Below are positions 22,856-24,835 of a stretch of DNA of 24,835 nucleotides, piece after piece; the first letter of the stretch is position 1, and every line of letters starts with the position of its first letter. The notes beneath the pieces were generated by a model. It saw only the letters and a program-made list of their open reading frames with translations, did not search any database and was not told the DNA's origin. The position numbers and the translations under genes are program-made. Origin of the DNA: Candidatus Rokuibacteriota bacterium. GTDB lineage: Bacteria; Methylomirabilota; Methylomirabilia; Rokubacteriales; CSP1-6. Location of the stretch: positions 1-24,835 of the forward strand of contig JACPCX010000144.1 in the NCBI GenBank assembly GCA_016184305.1. Reading direction: 5' to 3'.

Positions 22856-23617
22856 TCAGGGGAAGTGGTAGCGGCTGATGTGGAGGTGGACGCCGTTGGA
22901 CGAGCGCGGCTCAACGCTCACCTCGGCGGCTCCCACCAGCATGGCGGCTGCCGCGCGCCGCAGCCGCTCCGCCAGGGGCGCCATCTCCGGAGCCACCATG
23001 GACAGCGCCACCATGCCCTCCACGTCCCCCACCTCGGCCGCCGGCACCATGAGGATCGTGCCGCCGCCCTCCCAGCCGAGCATGCAGCGCGCGCCGCCGT
23101 TGATGGCGACCTCGGGCAGCCCGAAGAGACGCTGGTAGCTTCGCGCGGCGGCGGCGGGCTCGCGGCAGCCGATGACGAGCCGCTTGAGACGGACGGGCGA
23201 GTCCTGGGACTGGTTGCCCTGCGGCGGCGTGGCCAGCTCCACCAGCACGCCATGGCACGCCGTCGGGCTGAGGAACGCGATCCGTCCCGCGAGCCCCTGG
23301 CGGGAGCGCTCATCGAGGAGCGGCACGGCCTCCGCCCGGAGCCCGCCCAGCGCCGCGTCCACGTCCGGCGTCTCGAAGCAGACGTGGTGGAGCCCTTCCC
23401 CGCGCCTGGCCAGGAAGCGAGCCACGCCGCTGTCCGGCGTCATGGGCTCGAGCAGCTCGATCTCGCTCTCGCCGGCGGCCAGGAGCGCGGCCCGCACGCC
23501 CTGGTCAGGGATCTCGGCCTGACGGACGAGCGGCAGCCCCAGGGTGTCGCGCCAGAAGCCATAGGCGCGATCGAGCCGCTCGACGACAATCCCGACGTGA
23601 TGGATCTTGGTGACCAT
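22856..23617 (-). CDS. mce: Methylmalonyl-CoA epimerase (VOC family) with extra C-terminal degenerate VOC domain (253 aa)
   Basis: KIHHVGIVV, EIPDQGVRAA, IELLEP, GEGLHHVCF and HGVLVELA provide the His/Glu metal ligands of the MMCE family. The C-terminal half lacks them. Confidence 0.75.
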   Translation of the reverse strand: MVTKIHHVGIVVERLDRAYGFWRDTLGLPLVRQAEIPDQGVRAALLAAGESEIELLEPMTPDSGVARFLARRGEGLHHVCFETPDVDAALGGLRAEAVPLLDERSRQGLAGRIAFLSPTACHGVLVELATPPQGNQSQDSPVRLKRLVIGCREPAAAARSYQRLFGLPEVAINGGARCMLGWEGGGTILMVPAAEVGDVEGMVALSMVAPEMAPLAERLRRAAAAMLVGAAEVSVEPRSSNGVHLHISRYHFP

Positions 23618-23684
23618 TGCCAGTCGAAGCACGTCGCATCACCGTAGCCGACAACTCCGGAGATTTCAAGGACTCGCCTCGGCG

Positions 23685-24794
23685 TCACGCCTCCTGGAAC
23701 AGCTTCCTGAACTCGGGCCACGGCACGGGAGGCACGGCGACCAGCCGCCCGTTCTCCTCCACGTGCGCGACGCCTTTCATGCCCACGAGCGCGGTCCCGA
23801 TGCCGGGAGTGGAGCGCACGAACTGGAGCGCGCGCTGGGCGTCGGTGTCGAGCCCCGGCAGGAACCGGCCCACGACCTCCGGCAGCCCGCGGGCAAGCTG
23901 GCCCTGGTAGATCGAGGCCGAGCTCATGAGATAGATGCCGAGGCGCTGGGCCACCGCCAGGAGCGTCACCGTGTCCCCGCCCGCGCGCTGGTTGGCCGTG
24001 GTGAAGGCCTCGGTCATGGCGAGGTTATACGGGAGCTGGATCACCCGGAAATGGTGCGCCTCGCCTGCCACCTCGGCGGCCAGGAGCGCCAGATCCTCGA
24101 GCGAGAGGTAGTCAGGCGCCGCGGGCGGCTGACGAAATCCGTTCCACGTGGCGGTCCCGAACACGCGGATCTTCCCGTCGCCCACGGCGCCCTCGAGGAA
24201 CTCGAAGGCGGCGCGCATCCGGGTCCTGAAGGTGGGGCGATCCACGGCCGAGAGCTGCATCTCCGGGTTGTGAAGATAGTAGACGTCGATGGTCTCCACG
24301 CCGAGGTTGGCCCGGCTCCGGTCAAGCTGGTCGGCGAGGTAGCGCGGGGTGAGGCAGTGGCAGCCGCCCACCAGGTCCTCCGGGCGCAGGATGCCGGGAC
24401 CGATGTAGGTCTCGGCGAGATAGGCGCCGGGATTGGGCGGCATGGCACCGTCGAAGGGGACGAAGCCCCCCTTCGTCGCCAGCACCACCTGGTCGCGCGT
24501 CACGCCACCCGAGGCGATCACGTCGCGCAGCGCCACACCCACGGCCCGCTCGCTCCGCTGGTAGCGGTAGTTCACGGCGGAGTCCACCACGTTGATCCCG
24601 ACCGCGACGGCGCGCGTCACCGCCTCTCGGTACGAGCGGTCGGTGGCGTCGTCCTCGGCACCGAGATAGGTGCCGATGCCCACGGAGGACAGGGTGAGCC
24701 CGCGCCACGAGCGGAAGTGCTCCGGCGCCGCCGCCGCGCCCAGGCCCGCCCGATAGGCCGCCGTTCCTTCAGCCGTCGCGAATCCGGTGATCAC
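23685..24794 (-). CDS. Aldo/keto reductase (369 aa)
   Basis: SSVGIGTY, DSAVNY (catalytic D/Y), LATKGG (K), DVYYLHNPE (H), IQLPYNL and ALVGM. Confidence 0.92.
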   Translation of the reverse strand: MITGFATAEGTAAYRAGLGAAAAPEHFRSWRGLTLSSVGIGTYLGAEDDATDRSYREAVTRAVAVGINVVDSAVNYRYQRSERAVGVALRDVIASGGVTRDQVVLATKGGFVPFDGAMPPNPGAYLAETYIGPGILRPEDLVGGCHCLTPRYLADQLDRSRANLGVETIDVYYLHNPEMQLSAVDRPTFRTRMRAAFEFLEGAVGDGKIRVFGTATWNGFRQPPAAPDYLSLEDLALLAAEVAGEAHHFRVIQLPYNLAMTEAFTTANQRAGGDTVTLLAVAQRLGIYLMSSASIYQGQLARGLPEVVGRFLPGLDTDAQRALQFVRSTPGIGTALVGMKGVAHVEENGRLVAVPPVPWPEFRKLFQEA

Positions 24795-24795
24795 G

Positions 24796-24835
24796 TCAGG
24801 CCTCCCGGTAAGAGAGAAGGATGGCTCCGATCAAC
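24796..24835 (-). CDS. 3' end of an upstream gene, probably a membrane protein (truncated by window end)
   Basis: The frame reads ...LIGAILLSYREA* and ends 1 nt before the reductase start codon. Confidence 0.4.
   Translation of the reverse strand, partial: LIGAILLSYREA

Overview
High-GC bacterial DNA from a diderm organism. The gene style is suggestive of Methylomirabilota/'Ca. Rokubacteria', but this cannot be confirmed from the window. Bases 1-16853 form one co-directional, mostly translationally coupled + strand cluster. It opens with an Mla/MCE lipid transport operon (mlaE-mlaF-mlaD, a TolC-family outer-membrane protein, mlaC). A cyclitol-lipid locus follows: two nucleotidyltransferases, two CDP-alcohol phosphotransferases (the second frameshifted), an MprF-TM/HpnL-like flippase, myo-inositol-phosphate synthase, an HpnN-like MMPL/RND transporter, a HAD phosphatase, an ATP-grasp protein whose motifs look like ITPK1 inositol-phosphate kinases, a class III aminotransferase and a Gfo/Idh/MocA dehydrogenase. 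The best candidate for an undescribed system is this locus, read as synthesis and export of an inositol/amino-inositol (possibly polyphosphorylated) headgroup lipid. The right part holds a divergent malate synthase, a 2OG-Fe(II) oxygenase, a BT1-family MFS transporter, a second MFS transporter, a TfoX/YjbR-like protein, methylmalonyl-CoA epimerase and an aldo/keto reductase. Intergenic spaces hide several apparent gene relics: a TPP-decarboxylase beta-subunit-like remnant with a 69-bp tandem duplication, a 40-aa molybdopterin-oxidoreductase relic and a truncated MFS paralog. There is also a ~150-bp palindromic MITE-like element. All family assignments are from motif recognition by eye; no searches were run.
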